Part shown: positions 49,086-58,972 of the stretch, piece after piece
Numbering within the stretch: position 1 is the stretch's first letter
How the letters are laid out: each line of letters starts with the position of its first letter
DNA from: Prevotella sp.
Lineage (GTDB): Bacteria > Bacteroidota > Bacteroidia > Bacteroidales > Dysgonomonadaceae
NCBI GenBank assembly: GCA_031285625.1
Contig: JAITVV010000018.1
Coordinates: forward strand, 1 to 64,000
Direction of reading: 5' to 3'
DNA: 64,000 nt
Program-made: the position numbers and the translations under genes
Notes under the pieces: model-generated
Database searches by the model: none
What the model was told of the DNA's origin: nothing
What the model saw: only the letters and a program-made list of their open reading frames with translations

Positions 49086-52000
49086 TTAAAAAGAAAGATT
49101 TAGACCGAACATGTAGGATCTAGCCTGTGGATATATACCCCTGTCAATACTTTTCGCCATTTCCGGATCGTAACCGGTATATTTTGTAAAAGTTGCGAGG
49201 TTATTTACCGTCATATACACACGTAATCTGTTTATATCTAATTTCTGAGTGATTCTGGATGGGATATTATAGCCTAACTGTATTGTTTTTATCCTGAAGA
49301 ATGCTCCACTTTCTAAATAAAAATCAGAAGGTTTTGTGAAATTCCGGTTAGTATCCGAATCGGTAAGGCGAGGATAACTATTAGATGTTCCCGGGCCTGT
49401 CCATCTGTCAAGTGCTGCTGTACTATAGTTCGCAGTCGGAATATCGAGACGGCGTAATCCCTGGAATATTTTATTTCCTCCTGATCCTTGCCCGAATATG
49501 GAAAGATCGAAATCCTTGTATGTAAGATTTACTGTCAAGCCGTAATACCATGTAGGTATTGATGAACCCAGAAAATCTCTGTCGCCTCCGGATATCTGCC
49601 CATCTCCATCTAAATCTGCAAAGCGGAAATCTCCCGGTTTTGCATTTGGCTGTATAACTTTTCCATCTTTGTTTTTGTAATTATCCACTTCCTCCTGAGT
49701 TTGGAAAATACCCATCGTTTTAAAACCATAGAAAGATGCAATCGGTTGCCCTACAGCTGTTCTTGTAATATTGTAGTCACTAGCTTGGAAAGTATCCCCT
49801 TCAAGATAATCTTTATCATCACCTAGATAGATAACTTCATTTTTGACATGTGAAATATTACCCTTTACATCAAGAAAAACATTACCTAATTGTTTGTGAT
49901 ACCCTAATTCTATCTCAAAGCCTTTGTTATCCATATCTGCGATATTCCCATATGAAGAACCGCTGATACCTACATATTTAGGATAGCTTACAGCTAATAA
50001 CATATCTCTGGTTTGCTTTTTATAGACATCTACAGATAGATCGAAATTCTCAAGAATTCGCATATCAACACCAATGTTTGTTTGTGATGTTTTTTCCCAT
50101 TTCAGATCCGGATTTGCCAGGCCGTTCGGGCTATAACCAATGTGTATATTATTATCTGTGCCGAATATATAGTTTCTCCCGCTGGATATAGTAGATACAT
50201 AACTGAACGCTCCAAAATTGTCATTTCCTGTTACACCATAAGAAAGACGCAGCTTGAGTGTATTTATAATATCACTTTTCCAAAAACTTTCGCGAGATGG
50301 TACCCATCCTGCCTGCACGGAAGGAAACGTTCCGTAACGGTTGTTCTCTCCAAATCTGGAAGAACCATCGACACGTATAATTCCGGTAAACAGATATTTT
50401 TCTTTGTAGTTATATGATGCACGTCCAAAGAAAGAACTTATCCGGTATGGTTGATCTTCAAATCCTGTAGCTATTTTATTTTCATTTGATAATGAATAGT
50501 TTAGTGATGCATCATCGAAATTATCTGCCGGAATTCCCCGGAATTTACCGGAAAGACCATCCGCACTTCTGTCTTGTATGCTGTTTCCTACCATACCCGA
50601 AACAAAATGATCTCCAATGGCTTTTGAATATGAAGCTGTATTTTCCAGTGACCATAACAACGTTTTTTTCAGGGAACGATCATATATCGTTTTTTCAAGA
50701 TTTGTTTGAACAGCATTAAGATAATATAGAGGTGTGAAGCTTTCATCTCCCCAGAAAGTCATTTTTGCTGCTATCTGTGATCTGACTTTTAGGTCTTTGA
50801 GAGGTTCTATCTCGAGATAAGCGTTAGATATAATATTATGTGTCCATGCGTAATTTCCATCCTTCGTTTTTATATAAGCAAGAGGATTGGTGATTTCATT
50901 GGCAACATACTTAGATATTCCATAAGGATATCCGTTTTTGTCTCTCATTACAGGTTGTGAGGCGTAGGGATTCGACTCCATTTCCTGTGGGTCAGTAATA
51001 ATTACAGGTGTTATTGGGTCAAGGTTTATTGCAGAATTCAATACGCCCCCTCTTTCTGTATTGGCACTTATATTATTACTGTTCTTTACATAAGAATAGG
51101 TTGCATTTGCTCCTAATCTAAGCCAAGGTTTAATTTTATGCGTTGTGTTTAGTCTGAATGTAAGACGTTTATATCTGGCTGCATCAGGAGTTACAATTCC
51201 TTCCTGATCAAAGTAACTGAAAGAAGAATAATATGTAGATATCTGATTACCTCCCGAAAGACTGAATTCATGATTTTGAATTTTTGCACTATTACTGAAT
51301 ATAACATCCTGCCAATCGGTTCCCTTCCCTAATGATTCTACATTATCGAAAACAAGCCCTTTTCCTGCTGCCTGAGAAGATTCATTCCTTAAGGTTGCAT
51401 ATTGTGTTGCATTCAACAGATCTAACTTTTTATCCGGTGCCTGTAATCCAAAATATCCATTATAACTTAATCTCATTTTACCTTCTTTTCCTGATTTTGT
51501 AGTTACCAGAATTACACCACTTGCTGCTTTTGTTCCGTAAATTGCAGCGGAAGCCGCATCTTTCAATACCTCAATAGATGCAATATCGGATTGATTCAGG
51601 AAATTTATATCTCCAATAGGGATAACCTGTCCGTCTACTACATACAGTGGATCACTATTGTTAATTGAAGTTACTCCACGCACACGCACAGTGGCGTCTG
51701 CTCCCGGCATACCGGAACTGCTAATAACACTCACGCCTGATGTCCGTCCTTGCAACGATTGTTCAAGACGCATAACTGGCATATTTTCGATGTCAGAACT
51801 GGTGATTTTAGAAATTGAGCCTGTTACAACACTCTTCTTTTCAATCCCATATCCTACCACTACTACTTCTTCTAATAGTTGAGTGTTTTCCTGCATGACA
51901 ATGGAGAAATCTGTTTTGTCTCCGATTTTAATCTGCTGATCAATATATCCCACATAGGTGATTTTGATAGTGGATGCTTCGGATGATACAGAAAGTGTAA

Positions 52001-52505
52001 ATTTACCCTCGATATCAGTCATCGTACCGTTGGTTGTTCCCACTTCAACAACGCTGGCTCCGATTATTGCTTCATTGTTTTGATCTCTGACTATACCTTG
52101 AATTATTTTGGTTAGTTGAGTAATCTGGAGTTTTTCCTTCTTCATTAGTAGAATGTTATTCCCTTCCATAGCATAAACAATATCTGTATTCTCGAATATT
52201 TTGGAAAGGATATTGGCTACAGAAGTATTCTCTGTCTTCATTGTAATATGCGAAGACAGATTTACATTATCATTGTTATATACAAACAGATAATCCGTTT
52301 GGGATTCAATTTGGTCAATAATCACCTTGATTTGTTGGTTAGATGCATTGATATTGACACGTGCAGTCTGTGAATTCATTGTTGTGGCAAAACAACAGGA
52401 AATGCAAAAGACTAAAAAGACTAAGGTTAATTTCATGATTCTAAAGAAATGTTTGTTTTTTGCTAACAATTCGGGTATAGTAGTCCCTACAAGTTTTTTT
52501 TTCAT
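49086..52505 (-). CDS. SusC-like TonB-dependent transducer with N-terminal STN domain
   Basis: IESQTDYLFVY (STN), DIASIEVLKDAASAAIYG, NPDLKWEKT, terminal Phe. Confidence 0.95.
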   Translation of the reverse strand: MKKKLVGTTIPELLAKNKHFFRIMKLTLVFLVFCISCCFATTMNSQTARVNINASNQQIKVIIDQIESQTDYLFVYNNDNVNLSSHITMKTENTSVANILSKIFENTDIVYAMEGNNILLMKKEKLQITQLTKIIQGIVRDQNNEAIIGASVVEVGTTNGTMTDIEGKFTLSVSSEASTIKITYVGYIDQQIKIGDKTDFSIVMQENTQLLEEVVVVGYGIEKKSVVTGSISKITSSDIENMPVMRLEQSLQGRTSGVSVISSSGMPGADATVRVRGVTSINNSDPLYVVDGQVIPIGDINFLNQSDIASIEVLKDAASAAIYGTKAASGVILVTTKSGKEGKMRLSYNGYFGLQAPDKKLDLLNATQYATLRNESSQAAGKGLVFDNVESLGKGTDWQDVIFSNSAKIQNHEFSLSGGNQISTYYSSFSYFDQEGIVTPDAARYKRLTFRLNTTHKIKPWLRLGANATYSYVKNSNNISANTERGGVLNSAINLDPITPVIITDPQEMESNPYASQPVMRDKNGYPYGISKYVANEITNPLAYIKTKDGNYAWTHNIISNAYLEIEPLKDLKVRSQIAAKMTFWGDESFTPLYYLNAVQTNLEKTIYDRSLKKTLLWSLENTASYSKAIGDHFVSGMVGNSIQDRSADGLSGKFRGIPADNFDDASLNYSLSNENKIATGFEDQPYRISSFFGRASYNYKEKYLFTGIIRVDGSSRFGENNRYGTFPSVQAGWVPSRESFWKSDIINTLKLRLSYGVTGNDNFGAFSYVSTISSGRNYIFGTDNNIHIGYSPNGLANPDLKWEKTSQTNIGVDMRILENFDLSVDVYKKQTRDMLLAVSYPKYVGISGSSYGNIADMDNKGFEIELGYHKQLGNVFLDVKGNISHVKNEVIYLGDDKDYLEGDTFQASDYNITRTAVGQPIASFYGFKTMGIFQTQEEVDNYKNKDGKVIQPNAKPGDFRFADLDGDGQISGGDRDFLGSSIPTWYYGLTVNLTYKDFDLSIFGQGSGGNKIFQGLRRLDIPTANYSTAALDRWTGPGTSNSYPRLTDSDTNRNFTKPSDFYLESGAFFRIKTIQLGYNIPSRITQKLDINRLRVYMTVNNLATFTKYTGYDPEMAKSIDRGIYPQARSYMFGLNLSF

Positions 52506-52606
52506 AACTTTGTATTATTCAATGTTGGTACTAAATCAAATTTTTTTTGGCCTTGGTACTGACCGTAAGGCCGGGTTATGTTACAGCATAATCCGGTCGT
52601 TTTTTG
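52505..52606 (+). ncRNA. Candidate cis-antisense sRNA (DonS-like) opposite the susC leader
   Basis: TAACTTTG -7 box at 52505-52512 overlaps the susC start codon; terminator hairpin at 52569-52598 followed by T6. Confidence 0.6.
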
Positions 52607-52629
52607 TTGTCATTTTTTACATAGGCGTG

Positions 52630-53568
52630 TTATTTTATAGTTATTAGATTTAAATTTTTGTCAACAGTATAGGTGAATTTGTGCTCAATCTGTAGTACCT
52701 TAAGTATTTGTTCTATTCCATCCTTGGTGCGGAATTTTCCTGTGTAGCGGAATTTTAATAAGGTATCTTTCTTTACCTCTATGCGTGTGTCATAGTATAG
52801 TTCAAGTTTTTTTATAATACTTTCTATCGGTTCATTATTGAAACAAAGTAATCCCTCTTTCCACCTGAAATAGTCAAAATCGTTTATGACAGAAGAATAT
52901 AATTTTCCGTCTTTTATCTTTACCAAATCATTGGGCTTCATAACAAGTCCCTGATTAGGCATCTTAGGACTTTTAAGTTCGATAGAACCAGTAAGAAGTG
53001 ATATTTCAGTTAAAGGCATATTGTGATAAGCAATTACATTAAATTCTGTGCCCAAAACGTGTATGTCAACATCCTTCGTTTTTACAATAAATGTTTGTTT
53101 CGATTTTTTTACTTTAAAGTAGGCTTCTCCATTTAATTCCACCTCCCTATTGTTTTTTCCAAAATCGGTAGGATAAGTAATACTGGTTTGAGCATTTAGC
53201 CATACTATACTACTATCTGGTAATAGAAGTTCAGCCCGTTGACCGGGAGGTACAAATAATGTTTGAGAATTAATCTCCGTTTTCTTATTCAGAAAATATC
53301 CTCCGGCTAAGAAGATTAAAAATACTGCCGCTATTTTAGAAAGCTCAAACAATAATTTCTTTATTTTGAAGTTTTTCTTTTCTACTTTTTCTATTGGAGT
53401 CTTGGCTGGCTCATTGAGCAGAGATATATTATGTAACTTTCGTAGTGAAATCATTTCTTGCAAATGAGATTCGTGCGAGTCCAGCCATTCTACAACTTCT
53501 GCAATTTCTTCCTCAGTTGCTTCGCCTGTTATATATTTTTGAAGTATTTTGTTTTCTATCATTTGCAT
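52630..53568 (-). CDS. FecR family anti-sigma factor
   Basis: LPDSSIVWLNAQT, LNGEAYF, VLGTEFNV, WKEG. Confidence 0.93.
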   Translation of the reverse strand: MQMIENKILQKYITGEATEEEIAEVVEWLDSHESHLQEMISLRKLHNISLLNEPAKTPIEKVEKKNFKIKKLLFELSKIAAVFLIFLAGGYFLNKKTEINSQTLFVPPGQRAELLLPDSSIVWLNAQTSITYPTDFGKNNREVELNGEAYFKVKKSKQTFIVKTKDVDIHVLGTEFNVIAYHNMPLTEISLLTGSIELKSPKMPNQGLVMKPNDLVKIKDGKLYSSVINDFDYFRWKEGLLCFNNEPIESIIKKLELYYDTRIEVKKDTLLKFRYTGKFRTKDGIEQILKVLQIEHKFTYTVDKNLNLITIK

Positions 53569-53602
53569 ATATAAGTTAATTATATGACCGATTATAGTAT
53601 AG

Positions 53603-53629
53603 AGACAACGCAGAATAAAAAATCCCTAA
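53603..53629 (-). promoter_or_regulatory. Putative ECF-sigma promoter, copy 1 (before the anti-sigma gene)
   Basis: TTAGGGATTT-N10-GTTGTCT; same motif and spacing at 56594-56620. Confidence 0.65.
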
Positions 53630-53642
53630 TTGAAATTTTATT

Positions 53643-54197
53643 TTAATTATAAAAAAGTAAAATATAGAATAAAGGGAGATAATCTTTCAATGCAAAACGT
53701 AGGGCTTTTAGTGATTTCGTTATATGATATTCTACAGCTTTGGAGCTAAGTGATAATTCATCTGCAATTTCTTTCACTGACTTGGATTCGTAACGGCTCA
53801 TTTCAAATATCCGGCGAGTTTGTTCGGGAAGTGATTGTAGAGTTTCTCGGACTATCTCAGCAATCTCTGATGAGAAAATCTCTTCCGGATCACATGCCTG
53901 AAGGGTCACAATTCTGTAGTCGAGATCTCTGATCATAACGGATGAGATAGACTCCATTGCCGTACGTTTTACTTTCAGGTGTTTTAAATAATTTAATGAT
54001 TCATTTCTGAGGATAGAAAGGAGCATAGCTAAAGGATTCTGAACATTCCCTTTTTTTATTGCTCCCCATAAATTTATGAACGAATCGGAAACAATATCTT
54101 CCGCAACTTCTGTATCGTTAACATACGATTTTACGAACAATAAAAATTTCTTATAATATTGTTGATAAATTTCATCGAAACCCAAATTTTGATTCAT
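53643..54197 (-). CDS. ECF sigma-70 factor (Bacteroides PUL type)
   Basis: AEDIVSDSF, LPEQTRRIFEMSR, EIADELSLSSKAVEYHI. Confidence 0.93.
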   Translation of the reverse strand: MNQNLGFDEIYQQYYKKFLLFVKSYVNDTEVAEDIVSDSFINLWGAIKKGNVQNPLAMLLSILRNESLNYLKHLKVKRTAMESISSVMIRDLDYRIVTLQACDPEEIFSSEIAEIVRETLQSLPEQTRRIFEMSRYESKSVKEIADELSLSSKAVEYHITKSLKALRFALKDYLPLFYILLFYN

Positions 54198-54346
54198 AAG
54201 CTGTCCCTTTTCTCCGTGTCTGATATAGCTTGATTAATTAAGCTGATGAATGTTCTATGCAAATATATAAATATAAAAGGCAACAGAATATTTCTTCATA
54301 TTTAAACAGAAAGCCGGGTGTATTAAAATACTATTTTCAATATTCT

Positions 54347-56566
54347 TTATTCAATTAATTCAAATTCGGTCTGTTTAAGATTATCAGAGCTGTTTCCAAC
54401 AAAAAGTTTAAAGATACCGGGTTCCGTAATAAGCTCATTTTTTAGATTAAAAGAGCCTAGATCTTTATTTGTTAAAACAAATTCAATTTGCTTCTCTTCA
54501 CCTGGTTTCAATTCAATTTGCTGAAATCCGCAAAGTTCGATTACCGGGCGTGTAACAGAACTTACAACATCTTGCAGATATAATTGTACTGTTTCTTTCC
54601 CCTTATATTTCCCTGTGTTCTTTACCAAGGTTTTTATTCTGATATTTTCATTGTACCCATATTGCTTTTTTGACATTACCGGGGTGGTTATTTCAAAGGT
54701 AGTGTAGCTAAGCCCATATCCGAATGCATATGCAGGTCTAACATCTTCGTCTATATACCGGCTTGTGTACTGATTATCCGCACTCCATGGGCGTCCGGTA
54801 CTCTTATGGTTATAGTATATAGGGCATTGTCCACTGTGTTTTGGAAATGTTATAGGTAGTTTGGCTGAGGGATTATATTGGCCTGTAAGAACGTCTGAGA
54901 TAGAATTTCCGGCTTCTACCCCCAGCCACCAAGTCATCAAAATAGCATCTGCATATGGTTCCATCGCGGAGAAAACTAAAGGCCTTCCGCCTGTAATAAG
55001 TACAATGACAGGTTTGCCTGAATCTTCTTTTAGTTTCTTTACCAGTGATTGTTGGTTTTGATCGATGCTTATGTCTACTTTCGATTTAGCTTCGCCTGAC
55101 TCAGTTGCTTTCTCCCCAATAGTTACGATTATGATATCAAATTCTGATAAGTAGGGAAGCTCTTTTGTCGTATTAGTTTTGTGATCATAGCCTTCGATAT
55201 ATGTAATATTCGATTTTGGTAAACTGGCCTTTAATCCATCTAAGATTGGTATCACGTATTCGGCTTTGCCCATGCCAACCCAATTGCCTAGCATATCCCA
55301 TTTCGATGTATTTAGGGGTCCAATCAAGGCAATATTTTTAACTTTGTCTGAAATCGGCAACACTGAATTATTCTTAAGTAATACTATCGATTTGGCTCCG
55401 GCTTCACGGGCAAGTGTCCGGTATCTATTGTTGATTTTTTCATTCTTGAGTTCTGCTTCCCTGTTGTTATAGCAGAAAGGATCTTTAAATAATCCCAGTT
55501 CAAATTTCTTTGTCAGAATACGTTTTACGGCATCATCAATTATAGAAATGTCGACATCCCCTGTATTTACAAGGTGTTCCAGATTTGAAATATAACTACT
55601 GGAGCACATATCCATATCACAGCCTGCTAATGATGCAAGTTTAGCTGCATCTTTGGCATTTTGTGCAACTCGATGATTTTGTAATTCACCTACTGATTCC
55701 CAATCACTAACCACAAAACCATCAAAATCCCATTTGCCTTTTAATAAATCTCTCATCAATGGTCTGTGTGCTGTGGCCGGAATTCCGTTCAGATCATTAA
55801 ATCCGCTCATGAAAGTAGCCACTTTAGCTTCTATTGCAGCACGAAAGGGTGGAAGATATACCTGATGCAATGTGTTTTCTGAAATGTCTGCTTCTGCATA
55901 ATCTTTGCCTGCGATGGCAGCACCATAAGCAGCAAAATGTTTGGCACATGCCAATATTGTTCTTTTATCAGTATAATCTTTTCCTTGAAAGCCTTTTACT
56001 CTGGCTTTTGCAACTAGACACCCATACCATGTATCTTCCCCTGCACCTTCCATAACCCGTCCCCAGCGTGCATCTCTCGAAATATCTACCATTGGGGCAA
56101 AGGTCCAGTGAAGACCGTGTGCCGAAGCTTCTGCTGCTGCAACCTCAGCCGTTTTAGTCATCAACTCCAAGTCAAAGCTAGAGGCTTCTGCAAGAGGGAT
56201 TGGAAATGTAGTTTTCATACCATGCACAACATCCATTCCAAAAATCAATGGTATTCTTAACCGCGATTTCATAGCTTCCTCCTGGTATTGTTTCGCACGC
56301 GAAACGGAGGTGACATTTAGCATTGAACCTACTCTGCCTTTTCTGATCTCTTCAAGATGATTGAGGTTATTTATAACCGGACCAGTATTCTTTCTGTCGT
56401 TAGAATACTGGTTCATCTGACCTATTTTTTCTTCCAGGGTCATTAACCTTATAATGGAATCGACCTGGTAAGAAATATTGTTATGAATAGTTTGGGATTG
56501 AATTAATAAAGCCTTTGTGAAAAATATAAATACAAGAAAGGTGAGTCTAGGAATAACAGATTGCAT
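54347..56566 (-). CDS. GH3 beta-glucosidase (BglX-like)
   Basis: LEEKIGQ, DVVHG, RDARWGR, KHFAAYG, VVSDW nucleophile, FGYGLSYT. Confidence 0.93.
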   Translation of the reverse strand: MQSVIPRLTFLVFIFFTKALLIQSQTIHNNISYQVDSIIRLMTLEEKIGQMNQYSNDRKNTGPVINNLNHLEEIRKGRVGSMLNVTSVSRAKQYQEEAMKSRLRIPLIFGMDVVHGMKTTFPIPLAEASSFDLELMTKTAEVAAAEASAHGLHWTFAPMVDISRDARWGRVMEGAGEDTWYGCLVAKARVKGFQGKDYTDKRTILACAKHFAAYGAAIAGKDYAEADISENTLHQVYLPPFRAAIEAKVATFMSGFNDLNGIPATAHRPLMRDLLKGKWDFDGFVVSDWESVGELQNHRVAQNAKDAAKLASLAGCDMDMCSSSYISNLEHLVNTGDVDISIIDDAVKRILTKKFELGLFKDPFCYNNREAELKNEKINNRYRTLAREAGAKSIVLLKNNSVLPISDKVKNIALIGPLNTSKWDMLGNWVGMGKAEYVIPILDGLKASLPKSNITYIEGYDHKTNTTKELPYLSEFDIIIVTIGEKATESGEAKSKVDISIDQNQQSLVKKLKEDSGKPVIVLITGGRPLVFSAMEPYADAILMTWWLGVEAGNSISDVLTGQYNPSAKLPITFPKHSGQCPIYYNHKSTGRPWSADNQYTSRYIDEDVRPAYAFGYGLSYTTFEITTPVMSKKQYGYNENIRIKTLVKNTGKYKGKETVQLYLQDVVSSVTRPVIELCGFQQIELKPGEEKQIEFVLTNKDLGSFNLKNELITEPGIFKLFVGNSSDNLKQTEFELIE

Positions 56567-56593
56567 GATATTATTATTTAAGATTTATTACAT

Positions 56594-56620
56594 AGACAAC
56601 TCAATAGTAGAAATCCCTAA
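56594..56620 (-). promoter_or_regulatory. Putative ECF-sigma promoter, copy 2 (before GH3)
   Basis: TTAGGGATTT-N10-GTTGTCT. Confidence 0.65.
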
Positions 56621-56875
56621 GAATAAATCTTAATATTTTCTGGAAATAAATAATAATAATGATTTTAGATATCTGTGTCCTGTTGTTCGGGGCAGGACTA
56701 TGAACTCTGGTAGCTCATAGCTTTGAATAATGAAATGTAATACCTCAAAACTTGCATACGGTTTTCACAAATAGTACACACTGAAGTCTTTTGTATAGAC
56801 CTGAAGACAACTCGCGCTTGTTTTTATTTTGAGTCTCCATATTTCGAGGTATTAATATTTCATTATTTATAAATT

Positions 56876-57230
56876 ACATAGTGGTTATTTTAAATCCTTT
56901 CGAAAACATAGAACTGGTAGGGATACTAATGAATGAACTAGTAGCTGATATACCGAGTGGAGCTCCGAATGAAGGGCCCGGACGCTTGATTATCATTCTG
57001 ATTCGTTAAATGTGAATGAATGATCGGCATTACGGGTTAATAAGTTCCCGTAATTCGATTCATCGGCTGCTGCCCATGAAATTCTGAATAGTTTTGCTTT
57101 GCACATACAATATTTTATTGATAGGAGCTTCAGGAGCAGCAATTCCTATTGAACCATCGCTAACCATCACGGCAGCACCCGAATATGCAGGGGCTGTAGC
57201 GAGTTTCATGTCTCCGTTTACATGTAGTGA
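56876..57230 (-). pseudogene. Decayed fragments of a Bacteroidetes surface/secreted protein gene
   Basis: Frame-broken pieces SLHVNGDMKLATAP...VSDGSIG...KILYVQS and NLLTRNADHSFTFNES; no start or signal peptide. Confidence 0.45.
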
Positions 57231-57466
57231 CCTTTAAGTATTCCACTACGATCTATTTCAGATTCGACGAAACAGAAGAAACCGACGTGTGGAGTTTTTT
57301 ACCAAATCCTATTTATCTGAATAATAAGTCTGCATGCGCCACTCATATAAAATGGCTTTACTCCTTAAGGCGTTATTCAGCTCTAGTGTCCGGCGCGAAT
57401 GAGAATCTTCTGTATGATTTTTATAACAAACAATATGAGTATATTGAGAATATTGGTTTAAAATAA
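57227..57466 (+). pseudogene. Possible 3' gene remnant or small hypothetical protein
   Basis: 79-aa ORF with GTG start that ends directly at a terminator; family not recognised. Confidence 0.3.
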
Positions 57467-57494
57467 AAGGCTATTCATAAAGAATAGCCTTTTT
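57465..57494. terminator. Bidirectional terminator
   Basis: aaaaggctattc/gaatagcctttt 12-bp stem. Confidence 0.8.
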
Positions 57495-57508
57495 GTTAAG
57501 TGTATTAT

Positions 57509-58945
57509 TTAATTAAATAATTCAGGATAATATTTCTGTATTAAATCCTTATCATTAGTTGTAAGTTCGTCAATAAGTTTTGGCGCATCCTGAGGTCGCA
57601 ATCCTTTTTGGTTCATCACATTTATCAGACTCCAGTCTTTTACAGGCTTTTCAGGTGAAGGATCCGCCGGTTCTACCGCTTTTAGGTCATAACGGGTAAA
57701 ATCTATTACGTATGCGGGATCCCCTTTCTTATGCCAATTACGCAGTAAAGCTAATCTAAATTCTTTATTCATGAACCACTTGATCTCAAGGTTATTATAA
57801 GAATCGCCCAAGCCTGAACCACGTTCTACAAACTTGTAATTCCAGTCGTCATTCGATTTGTTTTCCTGTCTCCATATATTACCGAATTCGCCAAATGTCA
57901 GAAAATGAGTATCAGGCCAGCGCTTTTTTGTTTCTGTTACCCACATTTCCATTGCATCGCAGATAAGTTCTTTCCCGAACTCATGCACCATTTGTGCTTC
58001 CCATATATTGGTTACCCATCCGAAACCATTCAATTCGAGTCCTTTCTCAAAATGAATTGATTGGGTATGCATCACTTCACGGTGACCAAGATCGAGTCCC
58101 CAACCTTTATATGTTTCTATAGGGCCTACTCCACGCCGGCTGTTATATCCGTCGATACCATGACCGGTTTGTCCACTCTGGCGTGCACAAATGAAATCCA
58201 TAGTCCATCCATCTAAATTCACACAATCGATAAAGTCCTTTTTCCCTTGTGCCGGTTTGCAAAAATGCTCAGTAGAGGGATAGAAAGGGTAGGACGGAGA
58301 TCCGTCGGCTCCTCCGCCATCTATATTGTGCTGGCTCCAGATAACGGCATGTGCTACATGTATATCTTCTTTTTCCGCCAGATATTTTAAGTTATCAGCA
58401 GACAAAAAGCCACCTATTATGGATTGCGGGCGATAGTTGTTCCCTACCATTTTAGAAATAATTTGAATGGCTTCCGACATTTCTCGGTTTACCCGTTCAC
58501 GAGGCAGGTACATTGCCGGAAAATATCCAGGAAAGTATGATACCTCATCACCATATTTCTTCTGGCATTCTACAATATATTGCCGTATTTGCTTATAGTT
58601 TTCTCTCTGATCCTCTAGAGCATTCATTGTGAAACCCCAGGTTAACCGGCCGTCAGGGTTGTTTTTGGCAAATGCTTCGCGCAACGAACGTACTCCATCA
58701 AGTGTGTGCCAATCTCCTTCGTCGCGCGGATGTATCTTAACATCCCGTGACACTTCCCAAGGAGTGGTCCTTATCATTATGCAAAGGGTGACAAACCTAT
58801 TCCCGTTTAAAGTTATAGGAGGCTGGCTAATAGGAATAACAGGTTCTTTAGCTTGTAGATAACCAGTACATAGGATTATTATCAGTAGTGAGAAAAGAAT
58901 TCTTTTCGTAAAAATATTCTTCTTTTTATATAAAATATATTTCAT
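57509..58945 (-). CDS. DUF3863-like secreted protein (putative glycoside hydrolase/deacetylase fold)
   Basis: Signal peptide; TTPWEVSRDVKIHPRDE, PGYFPAMY, WSQHNIDGGGADGSPSYP. Family recalled from sequence. Confidence 0.7.
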   Translation of the reverse strand: MKYILYKKKNIFTKRILFSLLIIILCTGYLQAKEPVIPISQPPITLNGNRFVTLCIMIRTTPWEVSRDVKIHPRDEGDWHTLDGVRSLREAFAKNNPDGRLTWGFTMNALEDQRENYKQIRQYIVECQKKYGDEVSYFPGYFPAMYLPRERVNREMSEAIQIISKMVGNNYRPQSIIGGFLSADNLKYLAEKEDIHVAHAVIWSQHNIDGGGADGSPSYPFYPSTEHFCKPAQGKKDFIDCVNLDGWTMDFICARQSGQTGHGIDGYNSRRGVGPIETYKGWGLDLGHREVMHTQSIHFEKGLELNGFGWVTNIWEAQMVHEFGKELICDAMEMWVTETKKRWPDTHFLTFGEFGNIWRQENKSNDDWNYKFVERGSGLGDSYNNLEIKWFMNKEFRLALLRNWHKKGDPAYVIDFTRYDLKAVEPADPSPEKPVKDWSLINVMNQKGLRPQDAPKLIDELTTNDKDLIQKYYPELFN

Positions 58946-58972
58946 TATATCTAATTTTTGTAAGTATAGCCA

